Below are positions 61,957-64,000 of a stretch of 64,000 nt of DNA, in pieces. The DNA lies in assembly GCA_009914755.4 (NCBI GenBank), contig CP068257.2, positions 30,336,001 to 30,400,000 on the forward strand, written 5' to 3'. Positions within the stretch are counted from its first letter, which is position 1, and every line of letters starts with the position of its first letter. The notes beneath the pieces are model-generated. The model did not search any database. It saw nothing but the letters and a program-made list of their open reading frames with translations, and had not been told where the DNA came from. This stretch comes from the human T2T-CHM13v2.0 reference genome, Homo sapiens. The position numbers and the translations under genes were made by a program.

Positions 61957-62591
61957 TATCATCTATCTATCCATTCATCCACCCGTCTGTTTCTCTCCTC
62001 CTCCTCCTGCTCCTCTTCTCTCTCTCCTCGCCCCTCTCTCTCTCATACACACACACACACACACACACACACATCCCACACCCACTGTGCACCAGGTACT
62101 GTACTAAGCACTTGAGATATAGAAATGAACAACACAAACATCTCTGCTCTTAGGGAGCCTCTATCCCAGTGAGGACAGAGAGACAATGTTTTCTGGGGAA
62201 GTGGTAACTTCAAGGACACAGAATTGTTAGGAAGATATTCTCCCAGGAATAAAATATAATATTTTAATGGCTTTGTCATTCCCTCTTTAACATCTTTCCC
62301 CTTCCTCTACAACTGAAGAATAAGGGGCAGAGGATTCCTGCTTCACGTGGAAGAAGTCTGAGTTCTACCTCTGCCTGTTAAAGAGGATATGCACTGGGGC
62401 AGTTGCTGAAATAGGTGTGGCTTGTTAATTCTTGAGACAAAACCAGAATGAATGAGAGGTCTTGCTGGCTAGTTCAGTATCAGGTGAGGGGTGGAAATGA
62501 GCTAGAAGGGTGAAAATACCATGTTATTTTAATCACAGTGATGGTTCACGTCAGGCTCCATAGACCCAGCTGGAATCCCAGAGGCTCATTT

Positions 62592-64000
62592 CCTCCATCC
62601 AGGTCTATTCCACCCAGGTCTATTCCATCCAGGTCCATTCCATCGAGATCCACTCCATCCAGATCCACTCCATCCAGGTCCTCTCCATTCGGGTCCACTC
62701 CATCCAGGTCCACTGTATCCAGGTCCACTCCATCCAGGTCCACTGTATCCAGGTCCACTCCATCCAAGTGAATTCCATCCAGGTCCACTCCATCCAAGTG
62801 AACTCCATCCAGGTGCGCTCCATCCAGGTGCACTCCATCCGGATTCACTCCATCCAGATCCACTCTATCTGGGTCCACTCCATCTGAGTCCACTCCATCC
62901 AGGTCCAATCCATCCAGATCCACTTCATCCAAGTCCACTCCATCCAGATCCACTCCATCCAGGTCCACTCCATCCAGGTGCACTCCATCCAGTCCACTCC
63001 AACCAGATCCACTCCATCCGGGTCCACTCCATCCGGATCCACTCCATCCAGATCCACTTCATCCATATCCACTCCATCCAGATCCACTCCATCCAGGTCC
63101 ACTGTAACCAGGTCCACTCCATCCAGGTCCACTGTATCCAGGTCCTCTCCATCCAAGTGAACTCCATCCAGGTGTACTCCATCCAGGTCCACTGTATCCA
63201 GGTCCACTCCATCCAAGTGAACTCCATCCAGGTGTGCTCCATCCAGGTGCACTCCATCCGGATTCACTCCATCCAGATCCACTCCATCCACATCCACTCC
63301 ATCCGTGTCCACTCCATCTGGATCCACTCCATCTGGTCCACTCCATCTGGGCCCACTCCATCCGGGTCCACTCCATCTGGATCCACTCCATCCAGGTCCA
63401 CTCCATCCAGATCTACTTCACCCAGATTCACTCCATCTGGGTCCATTCCACCCAGATCCACTCCATCCTGGCCCACTCTATCCAGGCCCACTCTATCCAG
63501 ATCCACTCCATCCAGATCCACTCCATCCAGGCCCACTCCATCCAGGTCCACTCCATCCTGGTCCACTCCATCCAGGTCCACTCCATATGGGTCCGCTCCA
63601 TCTGGGTCTACACCATCCAGGTCTGCTCCATCCAGATCCACTGTATCCAGGTCCGCTCCATCCAGATCCACTCCATCCAAATCCACTCCATCCAGGTGCA
63701 CTCCATCCAGATCCACTTCATCTAGATCCACTCCATCCAGGTGCACTCCATCCAGATCCACTTCATCCAGATCCACTGTATCCAGGTCCACTCCATCTGG
63801 GTCCACTCCATCCAGGTGCACTCTATCCAGGTGCACTCCATCCAGGTGCAATCCATCCAGGTGCGCTCCACCCAGGTGCACTCCATCCGGATTCACTCCA
63901 CCTGGTCCACTCCATCTGAGCCCACTCCATCCTGGTTCACTCCATCCAGGTCCGCTCCATCCAGATCCACTGTATCCAGGTCCACTCCAACCAGGTGAAC
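62592..64000. repeat. 15-bp-unit minisatellite (TCCATCCAGGTCCAC)n, about 94 units, runs off the window end
   Basis: Uninterrupted tandem 15-mers with point variants (ggtgcac, gatccac, gattcac, tgtatcc...). Creates long ORFs in all six frames with 5-aa periodicity. Confidence 0.95.

Noticed and set aside
62546-63998. Many long ORFs (up to 210 aa) on both strands: DLDGVDLDGV..., WTWMEWTWME..., STPSRSTPSR..., HSIQVHSIQ...
   Set aside because: All are read-throughs of the 15-bp minisatellite. The 5-residue periodicity, presence in all six frames, and lack of a promoter, Kozak or splice context show they are not genes.
62592-64000. Possible CRISPR array (regular short repeats)
   Set aside because: The repeats are directly contiguous 15-mers with no unique spacers, and the locus is human. 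It is a minisatellite, not CRISPR.

Overview
This window is human genomic DNA, not a prokaryotic or mobile-system locus. It matches chromosome 21q22.1 and covers the 3' half of the protein kinase gene HUNK (hormonally up-regulated Neu-associated kinase, also called MAK-V) on the + strand, plus about 27 kb downstream of the gene.

HUNK coding content:
- Six coding exons can be read directly, each with canonical AG/GT splice sites: 444-579, 6733-6895, 15712-15795, 22315-22362, 27950-28130 and 30708-31366.
- Joined, they give one continuous reading frame: ...GAISFLRSLLEPDPVKRPNIQQALANRWLNENYTGKVPCNVTYPNR|ISLEDLSPSVVLHMTEKLGYKNSDVINTVLSNRACHILAIYFLLNKKLERYLSG|KSDIQDSLCYKTRLYQIEKYRAPKESYE|ASLDTWTRDLEFHAVQ|DKKPKEQEKRGDFLHRPFSKKLDKNLPSHKQPSGSLMTQIQNTKALLKDRKASKSSFPDK|DSFGCRNIFRK...MADGVKTQC*.
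- The stop codon is TAA at 31364-31366.
- A long 3'UTR follows, roughly 4-5 kb, with candidate poly(A) signals at 35595 and 36588.
- The 48-nt exon at 22315-22362 is invisible to the six-frame ORF track. It was found only by reading the sequence.

Everything else is primate interspersed repeat and simple-sequence DNA:
- at least 30 Alu elements;
- a roughly 4-kb 5'-truncated L1 on the minus strand with five Alus nested in it;
- other L1 3' ends;
- MaLR LTRs (THE1, MST and MLT1 types);
- Tigger/pogo DNA-transposon remnants and MITEs;
- several micro- and minisatellites.

Nearly all ORFs in the supplied track outside the HUNK exons are translations of Alu, L1 or low-complexity repeats. Examples are the CT-rich tract at 20.8 kb, the TA-rich palindrome at 56.6 kb and the 15-bp minisatellite from 62.6 kb to the window end.

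I see no CRISPR array, no bacterial operon and no evidence of an undescribed system. The most interesting structures are:
- a roughly 620-bp AT-rich palindromic block with 54-bp inverted arms;
- a 15-bp minisatellite longer than 1.4 kb;
- Alu/repeat configurations around HUNK exons, including inverted Alus in the 3'UTR and an antisense Alu next to the last acceptor site.

Coordinates of repeats are approximate, within about 10 bp.
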